Origin: a virus
Taxonomy: Duplodnaviria > Caudoviricetes
Direction: 5' to 3' (one strand)
IMG/VR virus record: IMGVR_UViG_3300017791_000021
Location: 32,001 to 96,000 of that record
DNA length: 64,000 nt
This document shows, in pieces, positions 34,109 to 44,821 of this stretch. Positions within the stretch are counted from its first letter, which is position 1. Every line of letters starts with the position of its first letter. The position numbers and the translations under genes were made by a program. Below the pieces are notes generated by a model. It saw only the letters and a list, made by a program, of their open reading frames with translations. It made no database searches and was not told the origin of the DNA.

Positions 34109-35091
34109 TAACCGTCCTTAAGAATTCGAGTGAACGTGTCCATGATCTTACCGAACGAACCGGTAAGCTCCTTGATGTTCTGACTCAGCTCAGCAAGATC
34201 ATCACGAGAGACAGCAACCATGTTGCGCTTCTCCACCTTGGCGTGAGCCTCATTCACCTCAGACCATACGTCCTTCTCGGGAGTAACGTCAACGGTAGCA
34301 GACAGGATGTTGCCTGTAGGCAGCGGAGCACGGAAGGGATTGGGACCAACCTTGATGAACTCGGTACCCGCAACCTCTACGACAGTACCAGCAGGAGCGT
34401 CCTCAAGGGGCTTCTCATCCTCTACAACGAGAGGAGTGGCCTCTTCCTTCTCCACCTTCTTCTGAGTCCTCTTACGGGGCGCTGGAGCCTTCTTGGCAGG
34501 CTTGGGCTTAGCGGCTTCCTCAGCACGCCGCTTGTCCTCAAACTCCTGCTTAAGGCGCTCCTCCTTCAGAATCTCATCAGTAGATTTGTATCCCTCAAAG
34601 GAATCAATAAGTCCCTCACAGAGATTCAGCGTGGAAAGCCACTGGTAGTTCTTGGCATCCCCGATGATTTCGAAATCGGAAAGAGCATTGTTGCCCTGCT
34701 CATAAGTGTTCTCAGGATTATATGCGTGAATGAAGGCAGTATCATCCCCAGCCTTGTGCCGTTCGGTAAGCAGAGACAGACCAGTCTCAAGCGCCTCACG
34801 CTCATCCTCCACCTTGACGAACCAATCGCCTGGAAGAGCAGAGATCTCCTTAGACATCGGCATACCCTGAGGGTGCACGATCGTGAACTTGAACTCCCAC
34901 TCCATGCCCAGCTTGATAAGGTTGCGGATACCGCCACCCATCTGAGACAGAAGGGGAAGAATAACGTGAACCTCTCGCTCCTCAACGGGACCGAAGATCC
35001 ACTCAGCCATGGACTCTTCCAGGTGCTGCATAGTAACATTGCCGGAACCTGCAACCATGATGGTCAGGTCGGTAGAGAAGTCGCGGGTCAT
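34108..35091 (-). CDS. hypothetical protein (first gene behind a strong promoter)
   Basis: 327 aa, AAGGAGG SD. Confidence 0.8.
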   Translation of the reverse strand: MTRDFSTDLTIMVAGSGNVTMQHLEESMAEWIFGPVEEREVHVILPLLSQMGGGIRNLIKLGMEWEFKFTIVHPQGMPMSKEISALPGDWFVKVEDEREALETGLSLLTERHKAGDDTAFIHAYNPENTYEQGNNALSDFEIIGDAKNYQWLSTLNLCEGLIDSFEGYKSTDEILKEERLKQEFEDKRRAEEAAKPKPAKKAPAPRKRTQKKVEKEEATPLVVEDEKPLEDAPAGTVVEVAGTEFIKVGPNPFRAPLPTGNILSATVDVTPEKDVWSEVNEAHAKVEKRNMVAVSRDDLAELSQNIKELTGSFGKIMDTFTRILKDG

Positions 35092-35123
35092 TCGTGCCTC
35101 CTTGGCGATTAGTTTCGTTTACG

Positions 35124-35152
35124 ACTGTAAGGGTTGATCTTGGGTCTGTCAA
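35124..35152 (-). promoter_or_regulatory. sigma70/HrdB-type promoter
   Basis: TTGACA-17-TACAGT. Confidence 0.7.
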
Positions 35153-35424
35153 GGCGGCGGTGGAATATTCGATCTCCGACGCTTGACGGAACTATGTACA
35201 GACGGTACACCCTGTGTGACCAGTCCATGAAGTAGTAGAACCGTACCAGAGATCGCAGCAATCAGTATGTACTGGTGCGGTGCATGAAGAGCAAGGTAGG
35301 CCAGGAGAGGTATCACTGTCAAGTGCACCAGCCAATCGGGTACCCACGATACGCGCGGATAAATATAGACTTTGATGAAGACCCAAGCCCACAATACGGC
35401 TAGGGACGCTATGATAAGTTCCAT
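35149..35424 (-). CDS. three-TM membrane protein (holin-like candidate)
   Basis: three hydrophobic segments, basic C-tail; extended -10 TGCTATGCT at 35456-35448. Confidence 0.6.
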   Translation of the reverse strand: MELIIASLAVLWAWVFIKVYIYPRVSWVPDWLVHLTVIPLLAYLALHAPHQYILIAAISGTVLLLHGLVTQGVPSVHSSVKRRRSNIPPPP

Positions 35425-35511
35425 GTTTCTCCTTAGGTAGGTGACACAGCATAGCAGACTTGACGGATGCTCGGTACGGTTGTACCCTAACTAACATATA
35501 TGTATATAAAT

Positions 35512-35548
35512 AAAAAAGAGAGACATAGATAATCTATGTCTCTCTTTT
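35512..35548. terminator. bidirectional terminator at the end of the virion module
   Basis: perfect 17-bp inverted repeat including A/T tracts on both sides. Confidence 0.85.
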
Positions 35549-35558
35549 AGTTATGGAG

Positions 35559-37958
35559 CTATTTAATTGGTTGAGCAAACTGTAGTTGGTAATACTCCCC
35601 TACAGGTAATACTGAAGATAAAGCATTGTTTAGTCTAAGGAACTTGTTGTTGTAGTCCTTGTAATAGTAAGAGCGACTATTGTTAGCTGCTCCACCAGCT
35701 TCCCACTTGTAATCAGCAGAAGCAAAGCCACCATCGAAGTACCCCTGGTAATCCAGAGCCTCTTCAACCATGATTGAATCTACCCAGAAAGTGAATGGAG
35801 CCTGAGAAAGACTTGAGAATAGTACGTAGAAGTGCAAGTAGTATTCACTCAGTCCTGTTGGGGGAACTGTGTACTGAACCTGAATTCTAGTCCAATCCCC
35901 ATCAATATTCTCTGGACTAGTTATCTTCTGTGTATTAGTGCTTACACCTAGCAATCCCAAACCGTTGCTATCTCTGAAGTCCATCAAAACATCTGGGCAA
36001 TTAGGTCCCTGGTTAATCCAAGCTGTAATTGTGTAGGTATGTCCTACCTTCAACCCTTGGATAACAGGTTGTCTTGATCCACCATTGAAGTTAGCTTGTG
36101 TAGCTGCACCAATCTTGGAACCTGGACTTCCTGTGTACGTACCACTAGGAGGAACAAGACTTACTCTGATAGATCCGGCAGAGTGATATCCAACTGTGTT
36201 ATCCCATGCGAATGTCGCAGAGTTAGGGCTACCGGAGATTCCCACGTTACCCTGGAACCAGTTAGCAGTGCCTGTATTGAATCCTGAATTCAGAACGTAG
36301 TTAACACGATCAGCCTTCACATTGATCTTCGCAGTTCTCGGATGTTCGTAAGCAGACGGACGCTCAGTGAATCCGATAGAAGCTGTGGTGATTGAGTTAT
36401 TGCTGGTGTAAACGACTTCAGTAGGCGGGTTAATAGACGATGTCTGGATAACTGGAACAACTGCTACGAATGCAGCATTGGTTGGCGTAGTAGAGATGTC
36501 CGAATAGACAACTCCTTGACGCCATACATTTCCACCAGGATGGGTATTCTTGTTGGTGATTACTGGCTGTAGATATGTAGTAGCTGAAAGGATATTAAAG
36601 TTTGAGTCATAAAACACGAGCGCCGCGTACCAAATGGTATTAGCTCTCGTTGTAGCGATATATACAGAACCGAATAGGGCTTCAGGATCTCCGAAATCAT
36701 CGTATTTAACGGGAACCATTCCCTTTGCCTGCGGAATTACGTAGTAACCGAAGTTACCATCACCCAGGGTATTTACAGTAGATACGCTGGTCATCTTTCC
36801 GGAATATTGACCGTTCAATGCGTGATCAGTACTGCGTACAATGCTGCATCCTGAGCCTGAGTACGCACAGCCATCTGTGTACAACGAAGCTACAAGAGGT
36901 AGACGGTTGTCCAGTCCTGAGGTAGTCTCCATCTGTACATTGGTCATCAGGTCTGACACGGTGTCAGGAGTGAAGCCTACGTTGTATCGCACGTTTGCAT
37001 ATGCCGCTGGTGGGAAATAACTTCCATCACGGTAAGGCATAGGTGCAGCAACAGGGTTCACTACTGGTTGCCAGTTAGCCGACACGATAGGAGTTGATCC
37101 TACGATAGAAGTAATATTCGTTGGTGCCCACTGGTTAGTAATCAATGGGTCAACAGTTTGTGTGTTAAATGTATAAGCAAAATCTGTTAGTCCACCTTCA
37201 GGAATTCCTAAGGTGGCTGTGAATTGTGCCTTAAAGCCTGCTCTACCATTCACACGTCCAGAAAGTGCATTCGGATCTGTGATGATATATGCACCAGTAA
37301 TAGAAGAAACTCCATTGACAGAGCCCTTCAATTGCAGGTTAGTAGATGGAACATTTATGTTTGATACATAGGCTAGATTTCCCGGATTCTCAATCGCATT
37401 GAATCCTGCAAAAATCGTTACAGTTACCGCAGTGATATCCCAGTTGAATCCTACGAATCCTTGTTCAGTCCACGTACTTCCATCTGGAGATGTATCAAAG
37501 AAAATATTGACTGGATCTTCGTTGCGAATTCTCCAATAGGCGTGGGCCACGGGGTCATAAGCAGGCATGGGAGTGGTGGTGACATTATTATCGTTAGCAA
37601 CATAAGCATTGAACTGCCCATTAGGTCCGTAAGATATTTCAACATAGTTGTGTCTGTCGAATCTAATGAGCAGCCCAGTCTGTACGCTGCCATTTCCCGC
37701 AGGAGCAGGAGTGATCTTTGCAAAGAAGGTGCTCTGTGTCAGATCATAAAGAGAGGCACCAACGTAGCTAGGCGTGTCAGTAGCCTCCACATATGGAAGC
37801 AATTGAATAGGATCAAATCCAAAACTACCACTGTTGGTGTTCCATTGAGGATTAATTAGCTCATACGTTCCACCGAATCCACCATCTCCGAACCCGAAGA
37901 AACCAAACCCATCCGGCTGAAAGATATCGGTTAGGGTATTAATTTTTGGATTTGCCAT
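35559..37958 (-). CDS. minor tail / baseplate-associated protein with carbohydrate-binding-like beta-sandwich domains
   Basis: 799 aa; NYVLNSGF...WTRIQVQYT..FWVDSIMVEE..YFDG. Confidence 0.75.
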   Translation of the reverse strand: MANPKINTLTDIFQPDGFGFFGFGDGGFGGTYELINPQWNTNSGSFGFDPIQLLPYVEATDTPSYVGASLYDLTQSTFFAKITPAPAGNGSVQTGLLIRFDRHNYVEISYGPNGQFNAYVANDNNVTTTPMPAYDPVAHAYWRIRNEDPVNIFFDTSPDGSTWTEQGFVGFNWDITAVTVTIFAGFNAIENPGNLAYVSNINVPSTNLQLKGSVNGVSSITGAYIITDPNALSGRVNGRAGFKAQFTATLGIPEGGLTDFAYTFNTQTVDPLITNQWAPTNITSIVGSTPIVSANWQPVVNPVAAPMPYRDGSYFPPAAYANVRYNVGFTPDTVSDLMTNVQMETTSGLDNRLPLVASLYTDGCAYSGSGCSIVRSTDHALNGQYSGKMTSVSTVNTLGDGNFGYYVIPQAKGMVPVKYDDFGDPEALFGSVYIATTRANTIWYAALVFYDSNFNILSATTYLQPVITNKNTHPGGNVWRQGVVYSDISTTPTNAAFVAVVPVIQTSSINPPTEVVYTSNNSITTASIGFTERPSAYEHPRTAKINVKADRVNYVLNSGFNTGTANWFQGNVGISGSPNSATFAWDNTVGYHSAGSIRVSLVPPSGTYTGSPGSKIGAATQANFNGGSRQPVIQGLKVGHTYTITAWINQGPNCPDVLMDFRDSNGLGLLGVSTNTQKITSPENIDGDWTRIQVQYTVPPTGLSEYYLHFYVLFSSLSQAPFTFWVDSIMVEEALDYQGYFDGGFASADYKWEAGGAANNSRSYYYKDYNNKFLRLNNALSSVLPVGEYYQLQFAQPIK

Positions 37959-40346
37959 TTAGAGTGCTCCAGTTGCTGAGTACTTTTGAATAAAGCCAGT
38001 ACGTCCTACAGTTCCTGTAAACCCCGGACCTGTTCCTACAGAGTGTGCAATTCTAGTCAGAGCACCATCACCTGTACGAGCGTACTTATATACCGAGATA
38101 TCAGTATCGGCGTCAATGATTATTCTATCGCCATTCTGCAAACGAGTCCAGGAGGCAAGAACGGTATCGGATGCTCCAACAACTTGTCGCAAACTGGTTC
38201 TGGTTGCGTAGTAGAAGTGCGTTGAATCTGTCCAGGCAAAGATAAGACCATGAGTCTTGTGTGCTGTGTCAACGTAATCAGTAACAAAAGTCAGAGCAAA
38301 CCGACCTGGAGGAGCGCCTACGTCAATAGTTGAATAAACATACGTAGTAGTTCCTGCAATAGTCTGATCTACTGACGCCATTCCGTAACTAGTTCTCCAG
38401 ATGTTGGCAGTGTTAGGAACTGAATCCCAGGTACCGTCTACGACTGTTCCGTCTGTTGTAGCGTTAGCCAGTGATGTTTCAGTTGAACCACGCATGTCTG
38501 CATAGTCATCTACGAAACGTGCTAGGACACCTTCTGCTCCGATATTATATCCAGAATAGAAAGAGGATGTGTTGTTGATCAACTTACCCTTTTTGTCATA
38601 GAACCAGATCTCACTAGAGACATCTGTAGGGCCAACATCATTAGCGTTTCTTGTCCACTGACTAGAGATTACCACTGTCTTCTGACTAGGTGAAATGAAT
38701 ACCCATGAAGCATTGGAATAGTAGTAACCCGTTGGCTGACTATTAACGTTATCCAGACCAGCTAGGTAAACAATACCCTGATACTGCACATAGGTACCAG
38801 CCTTGTATGTTGTGGAAGAGTTCCATACTGGTAGTTGTGCAATAGGAATACCATCACGAACAATATTAGGAGTGTCAGATGTGGTGTAGTAAACAGGCTT
38901 CCAGAAATTCTGATCTGTGCCTGGTGTCTTTGCGCCATATGGTGTTGCAGGACCAGAAGGCTTAAGAGCCTGATAGTAGTATCCATCTGTGTACAGTACG
39001 TAGTTATTGATTACGTAATTTGTAGCTGCGGAGTAGTTAGGAGTATTTCTCTTGGCTGTTGAATCCAAGAAGAATGTTCCTGATCCCAGGTTGTTAGTCT
39101 GCTGAATAGACAGCGCATTGTAGTTATTGTTTGTGCTATCTGTAGGACTTGCCAATCCAGTACGAACGCCCTGAATGCTTCCCACTGTTGTACCACTGCC
39201 TGTAAATCCCCAAGTCGAATGCTGACCTGTCTGAGGATTCTTGTTGACTGTCGTATCCAGCACATATGTCTGGTGGACAGACCACCAGGTGTTAGCGGCT
39301 GCTGTACCTGTTGGAGCCTGTGCCTGACCCTTAGCCTGAACAAGGTTCTTGTATGTATAACCGTTGTAGCTGATGATCTGATTTACGAAGTATGTAGTAT
39401 TCGGACTCCACTGATCATAAACAGGATGAGGGAATGCAGTTTGATCAGCACTGTTGTACATATTCACACCATAGGTGATTTCAGAATCCCAGCCTGCTAG
39501 TTCAGCAATAAGGTTGTGAATACTCTGAGTCTGTCCCTTGATGCGATAGTTTACTGCGGCATTCTTAATACGCTGTCTTCTCTGCTGAGGAGTAGAAAGG
39601 TAATCAGTGTCAATACCAAGCTGCTGTCCTAGAATATCCAAATGAGCAGCAGAAACTGTATCAGCGTTACTTAGCTGTAGGTATGAATCATATTCAGCCT
39701 TTAGCATATCAAGACCGAATCCAAATAGAGACTCATAGTTATACAGAGATTGGTTATCAATTTCTACAGTAGAGAATGTATCTGATGTGTTGGTCTTGTA
39801 TGGCTGTGGAGTTCTGTTGTATAGAAGACTTGCGTAACCCTGATTTCCCAGAGCTAATGTAGCCGCAAAACCGGCTGGATACCATGTTGGAATATATTCC
39901 GAAGGAGACCAGAAAGCCGATCCGGCAGCAGGAGTGTGGTTTGTATTGCTGTTCTGTGTGCTAGTCCAGTACAACCCATTGAATAGAACTTGCTGGTTTA
40001 GAACATAAGTAGTTCCTGAACTCCATGCTGGAGCTTCAACGGTAATGAACATGGCGTAGTAATAGATCGTTCCAGCATCAAGCCCCGGATCATCATACGT
40101 TCTGATCATAGTTCCGGGCGTAATGGTGGTTAGGACTACCCCGTCTTCTGGACGGTTAGGGTATCCGTAGGTACTTCTAACCAGTTCCAGAAGCTTCCAT
40201 GAGGTTGTGTTAGGAGAAGCCCAGGAAAGTACGATGTCACCATAATCAGCCTGCTTGGCCACAAAAGGTGCAACGCTGTAGTCTGCTGGCTGTGAATATC
40301 CATAAGTCGCCAGACCATAGATATCAACACCATATCCTTGGCTCAT
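37959..40346 (-). CDS. baseplate wedge (P2 gpI-like) with four CBM5/12-like repeats
   Basis: LDILGQQLG..RQRIKNA..YRIKG; WxxxTTYxxNxxVxYNG repeats. Confidence 0.75.
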   Translation of the reverse strand: MSQGYGVDIYGLATYGYSQPADYSVAPFVAKQADYGDIVLSWASPNTTSWKLLELVRSTYGYPNRPEDGVVLTTITPGTMIRTYDDPGLDAGTIYYYAMFITVEAPAWSSGTTYVLNQQVLFNGLYWTSTQNSNTNHTPAAGSAFWSPSEYIPTWYPAGFAATLALGNQGYASLLYNRTPQPYKTNTSDTFSTVEIDNQSLYNYESLFGFGLDMLKAEYDSYLQLSNADTVSAAHLDILGQQLGIDTDYLSTPQQRRQRIKNAAVNYRIKGQTQSIHNLIAELAGWDSEITYGVNMYNSADQTAFPHPVYDQWSPNTTYFVNQIISYNGYTYKNLVQAKGQAQAPTGTAAANTWWSVHQTYVLDTTVNKNPQTGQHSTWGFTGSGTTVGSIQGVRTGLASPTDSTNNNYNALSIQQTNNLGSGTFFLDSTAKRNTPNYSAATNYVINNYVLYTDGYYYQALKPSGPATPYGAKTPGTDQNFWKPVYYTTSDTPNIVRDGIPIAQLPVWNSSTTYKAGTYVQYQGIVYLAGLDNVNSQPTGYYYSNASWVFISPSQKTVVISSQWTRNANDVGPTDVSSEIWFYDKKGKLINNTSSFYSGYNIGAEGVLARFVDDYADMRGSTETSLANATTDGTVVDGTWDSVPNTANIWRTSYGMASVDQTIAGTTTYVYSTIDVGAPPGRFALTFVTDYVDTAHKTHGLIFAWTDSTHFYYATRTSLRQVVGASDTVLASWTRLQNGDRIIIDADTDISVYKYARTGDGALTRIAHSVGTGPGFTGTVGRTGFIQKYSATGAL

Positions 40347-40355
40347 TTATTCTCC

Positions 40356-41021
40356 TTATGATGGGATGTCTCTGATGTACGCGATCTGCGCATAGATGGT
40401 AGCGATTAATGTTCCTGATGTATACACGCTCTGATATGCCTTAACCTTAACAGCATTCCCCTTATACCAGGGATAGATCATGGATGCTGACTGTCTGGCA
40501 AAGTCCTGGAATCCCTCAGGGAACCAGTCTGTCTGACATGTTAGGAACGCGGTGGAACCAGTCTGATAAGCCTCAATCTGAAGCTTACCATTTCTATTGA
40601 ACTTAGGTAGAAGGTTAGCGGTTACTACACTATCCTTGTGCCATCTGATATAGAAGTTAAAGTGATAGATTCCACTACGAGGGCAGATCAAACTTGAACC
40701 ACTAATCATGTGATGAGTATCAAACAGCTTTGAATTCCAGGAAGGAATGTAATCAGAATTGAATGGTACGTGTACATCGTGGGCAGAAGTTCCTACATAC
40801 GGAACTGTTAAACCTTTTCTCACTGATGCGATTCGAGTACTGACATCTGCATACTTGGTGAGGGTATTGTCAATTGTTTCTTGTTGTGGATTTACTCCCA
40901 GAGTTGTCTGAACTGCGCGGATCTCATCGTAAGAAACGTTGACATCAGCAGCTTCAACAAGCTCCGTATAGTCTTGTCTATATGCAAAGCTCTTAATAGC
41001 TGAAGGATAAACCGCTACCAT
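40356..41021 (-). CDS. minor tail protein
   Basis: 221 aa within baseplate cluster. Confidence 0.65.
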   Translation of the reverse strand: MVAVYPSAIKSFAYRQDYTELVEAADVNVSYDEIRAVQTTLGVNPQQETIDNTLTKYADVSTRIASVRKGLTVPYVGTSAHDVHVPFNSDYIPSWNSKLFDTHHMISGSSLICPRSGIYHFNFYIRWHKDSVVTANLLPKFNRNGKLQIEAYQTGSTAFLTCQTDWFPEGFQDFARQSASMIYPWYKGNAVKVKAYQSVYTSGTLIATIYAQIAYIRDIPS

Positions 41022-41031
41022 TTCACTCTCC

Positions 41032-42558
41032 TTATGTGGTGGCTGTTACAGTAACGATGATATTACCAGCAGTTGGTAGCTCAAAGCTTCGCATAAGAAT
41101 ATCTGCTGCACCGGATTGGGTTGCATCGCTTCTGACGAATAGAGGGATGTTGATGTACTGCACTCCCGGAATCTTATAGAGAGCGGAGTAAACAGAACTC
41201 AAGGTTACACGTCCGGCAAGCTGTGTGTTTGACGGAGCGAATAGATTCTGAATAGCCTGAACAGCTTGCACCTGAATTGAAGTGGGACTATATCGAGAGC
41301 TGCATCCAATAAGAACAGGGCTGCTCACAGAGCCTACGTTGATCGGTACTAGCGTTGCGGCTGTACAGGTCACCACTGTTCCGGCTAGCGATAGTGGTTG
41401 TAAGAAGGCTGTTACGGTATCCAGTGTTGCCTGTGTTGGAATAGTATTTCCTTGACCAGTAACGTACACGGTGACATTTGTGTAAGTATTAGCTACTGCA
41501 TTTGCTTGTGAAACTACTGGAAGTGACATAGCCAGATTACCATAATCAGCTAGGGTTACAGCTCTCTGCTGAGTAGTAAATGCACGAGGCGCGTTGGTTC
41601 TAATCTGATCAATTGTTTCTGCGGCAGTTCCACCAGTTGTTGCAGAAGAAGCCGAAATAGAAACACCGTTAATAGCTGAAGCGATATCAACAATAGAGTT
41701 AGCAGCAAGGTTACCAACAGTTCCACCACCTACACGATAGTTTGCATAGATGTTAAGTCCGGCAGTAGGAACAGATCCATTGATTCCATCACCAAAGTGA
41801 ATAGAGACAACGCCGTTGGCATCTACAGTCTGAGCCCAAGCAAGATCGGAAGAACCTGATTGCTGTAGGGACTGCACCTGATTCCATGGAAGGATTGGGT
41901 CCTGTCCACTTGTAGATCCGAATGCAGGATTCTGTACATATACCGTTATAGATCCACTGACTACCGGATTATTAGCCAGGGAGAATGTCTGAAGATCTGA
42001 TCCGTCAGAGGTACCAATCAGCTCAGTAGTAATTGAGAACGGAGATGCTGTTGAATTACCAATTGTAAATACAGCAGATCCCTGAGTGATTCCCTGAATC
42101 ACAGGTACAACTACAGTTCCACCATTAGCGGGAACGGTAGCAGCTTGAGTAGTTTCAAAGATTACTGGCCCGTTGATGCTAGAGAGATAGTTCGTAATGA
42201 CCTGTGTAGCGGCTGGCACGGGCACAGCAGCAGATCCAGTAGCAGACTGGAAGGTAACTGTTCCTGTGGCCGCTAGAGCCTGTCCAGGGGTGTATCCCAG
42301 TAGCTCAGCCAGTTGGATAACTGAGGATAGCTGAGTGGCTGTACCGATGTAAGCCTCAGCTACAATGCGGTCACCATAATACGAAAGAACATCTAGCTCA
42401 CGAGCTAGAGATTCTAGAAGCATTACTTCAAGGGAACCGGGATTCTGGTTAGTCCATTCTGGAAATGCTGTCTTAGCAAAGTCCAGCATGGAGTTAATGA
42501 ATCCGGTGTAGTCCTTGCTTGTGTAGTCGATAGCAGGCACACCGTTAACTGTTGCCAT
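41032..42558 (-). CDS. baseplate J-like wedge protein
   Basis: IDYTSKDY..PEWT, DVLSYYGDR, FGDG..G..P, YRVGGGTVGN, RAVTLADY. Confidence 0.9.
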   Translation of the reverse strand: MATVNGVPAIDYTSKDYTGFINSMLDFAKTAFPEWTNQNPGSLEVMLLESLARELDVLSYYGDRIVAEAYIGTATQLSSVIQLAELLGYTPGQALAATGTVTFQSATGSAAVPVPAATQVITNYLSSINGPVIFETTQAATVPANGGTVVVPVIQGITQGSAVFTIGNSTASPFSITTELIGTSDGSDLQTFSLANNPVVSGSITVYVQNPAFGSTSGQDPILPWNQVQSLQQSGSSDLAWAQTVDANGVVSIHFGDGINGSVPTAGLNIYANYRVGGGTVGNLAANSIVDIASAINGVSISASSATTGGTAAETIDQIRTNAPRAFTTQQRAVTLADYGNLAMSLPVVSQANAVANTYTNVTVYVTGQGNTIPTQATLDTVTAFLQPLSLAGTVVTCTAATLVPINVGSVSSPVLIGCSSRYSPTSIQVQAVQAIQNLFAPSNTQLAGRVTLSSVYSALYKIPGVQYINIPLFVRSDATQSGAADILMRSFELPTAGNIIVTVTATT

Positions 42559-42964
42559 TGACAACTCCTTCCTTGACTGTTCCACCAACAAGAACGGTAA
42601 CTGTATTCGCTACGCTACTTACGGTAGAAGCACTAATGATTGGTCGATAATTTACATTCACAGAAGCCACGCCATCATTAGCCTGAAGGACATTAGGCTC
42701 TACAGAAACTACCTCTACGTCAGGCTCATACGCATTGATCTGCTGAGTGACGAGATCACGCATCTCTGTAGCCACCAGAATGTTACTGGTATCGAATAGC
42801 AATCTAGATAAAGGCAGCCCCATCTTGGCTCTCATAGCACGCTGACCAATCTCTGTAGATACGATCGCGTCAATTCTCTGAGAGACCTGAATATCATTGT
42901 CTGTTTCTGTCGCCACTGAGCCATTCTCTAGAACAGCAAAGGGGATGCTTAGTTGTGTTCCCAT
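42545..42964 (-). CDS. gp25/GpW-like baseplate protein
   Basis: IPF..G.V, T..GQRAMR..G, YEP. Confidence 0.85.
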   Translation of the reverse strand: MGTQLSIPFAVLENGSVATETDNDIQVSQRIDAIVSTEIGQRAMRAKMGLPLSRLLFDTSNILVATEMRDLVTQQINAYEPDVEVVSVEPNVLQANDGVASVNVNYRPIISASTVSSVANTVTVLVGGTVKEGVVNGNS

Positions 42965-42981
42965 ATATTTATTATCCCAGA

Positions 42982-43596
42982 TTATATGTAGTAGCTTAGT
43001 CCATTGAGAGAAACCCAAGGTGGCTGAACGGTTGTTGTATTTGTTCCTACGATGGTGACAGCACCACCAGTAGTGAAGTCCATCTTCAGCGAGTCAAAAG
43101 TGCTGGATGATAAAGAACAGGCTGCTGTTAGTGAGCGAAGGTTACCAGGTCTAGCAACGGCTGGAGCAGTTGTCCAGGTACCACCATTAGCAATAGTTCC
43201 ACTGGGATAAGTAATGTTGATACCACCCTGAAGATTTACCTTAAGTGAACCGTATTCATTTACTACCTGGAATTGTGGCGTACCGTTGCTGTTTCCATTA
43301 CCGGTGAATCCTGAGACCAGTGAGAAGTTAGTCCAGTCCTGAACTAGCGTCAGTGGTGGAATGTATGGAATGCTGTTTGCGAAATAGGTAGGCTTGGTTA
43401 TATCTCCACCACTGAAACCAATCCATACGGTTGTTCCCACGGCTGGAACAGGCATACCCGGATTGGCAGGCTCAGCAGCTCTGATCTCTGCGAGCCCACC
43501 AATCTGAGGACATTGAACTCTAATCTTACCTGTTCCAGTAGCGTCAGTAGTTGATGTAACCAGCGCACGGTATAGCGCGTCATATTTAGGTTGCAT
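42982..43596 (-). CDS. baseplate spike (gpV/gp5 OB-fold)
   Basis: YRALV..D..GKIRVQCP, PAVG..VWIGF.GGD..P. Confidence 0.85.
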   Translation of the reverse strand: MQPKYDALYRALVTSTTDATGTGKIRVQCPQIGGLAEIRAAEPANPGMPVPAVGTTVWIGFSGGDITKPTYFANSIPYIPPLTLVQDWTNFSLVSGFTGNGNSNGTPQFQVVNEYGSLKVNLQGGINITYPSGTIANGGTWTTAPAVARPGNLRSLTAACSLSSSTFDSLKMDFTTGGAVTIVGTNTTTVQPPWVSLNGLSYYI

Positions 43597-44821
43597 AAAC
43601 TGTCGCTCCAATATTACTTGATATCCACTTTCCTCCTACTAGCTTAGCTGATACCTTCGCTGTAATGTTCTGTGTCTCGGAGATAGGATCTACCTTTGCT
43701 GTGTAGATATGGTCTCTCACCAGAACAGTTGTAGTCAGATATGTACCTGCATACTTATTTCCCGAAGGTGGTGGCTTAGTCAAGTAGTGCGTGGCTGATT
43801 CAACCAACCACAATCCAGCGTCATCGATAGGTAATGCCTGTCCTGTGAGATTCACTAGAGTATTCGGACGAATTCTAGCATCTCCACGAAGATCTGTATC
43901 AGCGGTATTCCAGTAGATATTTCTCAGAGAATCCGCAATTACCTTCTGTGAAGCCTCATAGTAGGACTCAGCAGGAGCAGCGTTGTAGTACTTAGTGATG
44001 TAGTCAGCAAGCGGAACACCTGCTACGTTCGTAGCGTCAGCCGTTACCGTTGCCTGTGTCAGCTTGGCGGTAATGGGATTCAGACCCACAACATTTCTGT
44101 TGGCTACAACTCCACCATCGGGTGTGATCGTACCTACGACAGGCTTGAAGGTTCTGATGGTGTCGTAGAAACCAGGCTGGTTATTAGACCAGAACTGCGG
44201 AATATTTCTTACGTTTCCTCTATCGAGAATTTGTTTAGGATTAATGAAATACAAATCGGTATTATCTACATAGAATCTATACCCAATTTCATCAGCTAGC
44301 TGCGCCAGGAACTTGAAGTCACTGGTGTTCTGTAGACGGTAGTCAATGGCTGCTTGATATGTATGGATGATTCCTCTTAGCCCGTTCTGTGTCGCAATGG
44401 TTCCTGCGATAGTGGACGGACTTGTATGCTTCCAGGCTACGTTATTGGTGGACTGCATAACCTGTGAAACACCCGTGATGGTGTATTGCACGGTGGAGGA
44501 TGTAAGTCCGCCATAACCAGGATCGGAGCCTGTGCGGATCAACTTGTATGAAGACACATAACCTAAGAATGATCCAACATAGTTAGGGCGCTGTCCGTAG
44601 TTAATCTGAATAGGAGTCTGTTCCTTTAAGTAGCTCCATTTTCTAGTTGAAGATGAAGAGGTGGAACTTAGATTAGATCCTACGTAGACGACATCAAGCA
44701 AAGCAATTGCATGTGTATTTGTCTTTTCAATAATCTTTACGCAAGGAGTGTAGTACGTGAGCGGAGTAGTTCCACTCACATATACATCGAAATACGGATA
44801 CGAAGGTGATGGATTAAGCAC
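43586..44821 (-). CDS. baseplate hub (gpD/gp27/VgrG-like)
   Basis: QNTSDFKFLAQLADEIGYRFYV, GDARIRP, GLWLVESATH. Confidence 0.85.
   Translation of the reverse strand: MLNPSPSYPYFDVYVSGTTPLTYYTPCVKIIEKTNTHAIALLDVVYVGSNLSSTSSSSTRKWSYLKEQTPIQINYGQRPNYVGSFLGYVSSYKLIRTGSDPGYGGLTSSTVQYTITGVSQVMQSTNNVAWKHTSPSTIAGTIATQNGLRGIIHTYQAAIDYRLQNTSDFKFLAQLADEIGYRFYVDNTDLYFINPKQILDRGNVRNIPQFWSNNQPGFYDTIRTFKPVVGTITPDGGVVANRNVVGLNPITAKLTQATVTADATNVAGVPLADYITKYYNAAPAESYYEASQKVIADSLRNIYWNTADTDLRGDARIRPNTLVNLTGQALPIDDAGLWLVESATHYLTKPPPSGNKYAGTYLTTTVLVRDHIYTAKVDPISETQNITAKVSAKLVGGKWISSNIGATVYAT

Noticed and set aside
34243-35112. Long plus-strand ORFs (also 13050-13640, 19553-20131, 22698-23354, 23397-23903, 29702-30283)
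   Set aside because: They lie antisense to well-supported minus-strand genes, lack recognisable motifs, and are explained by codon bias
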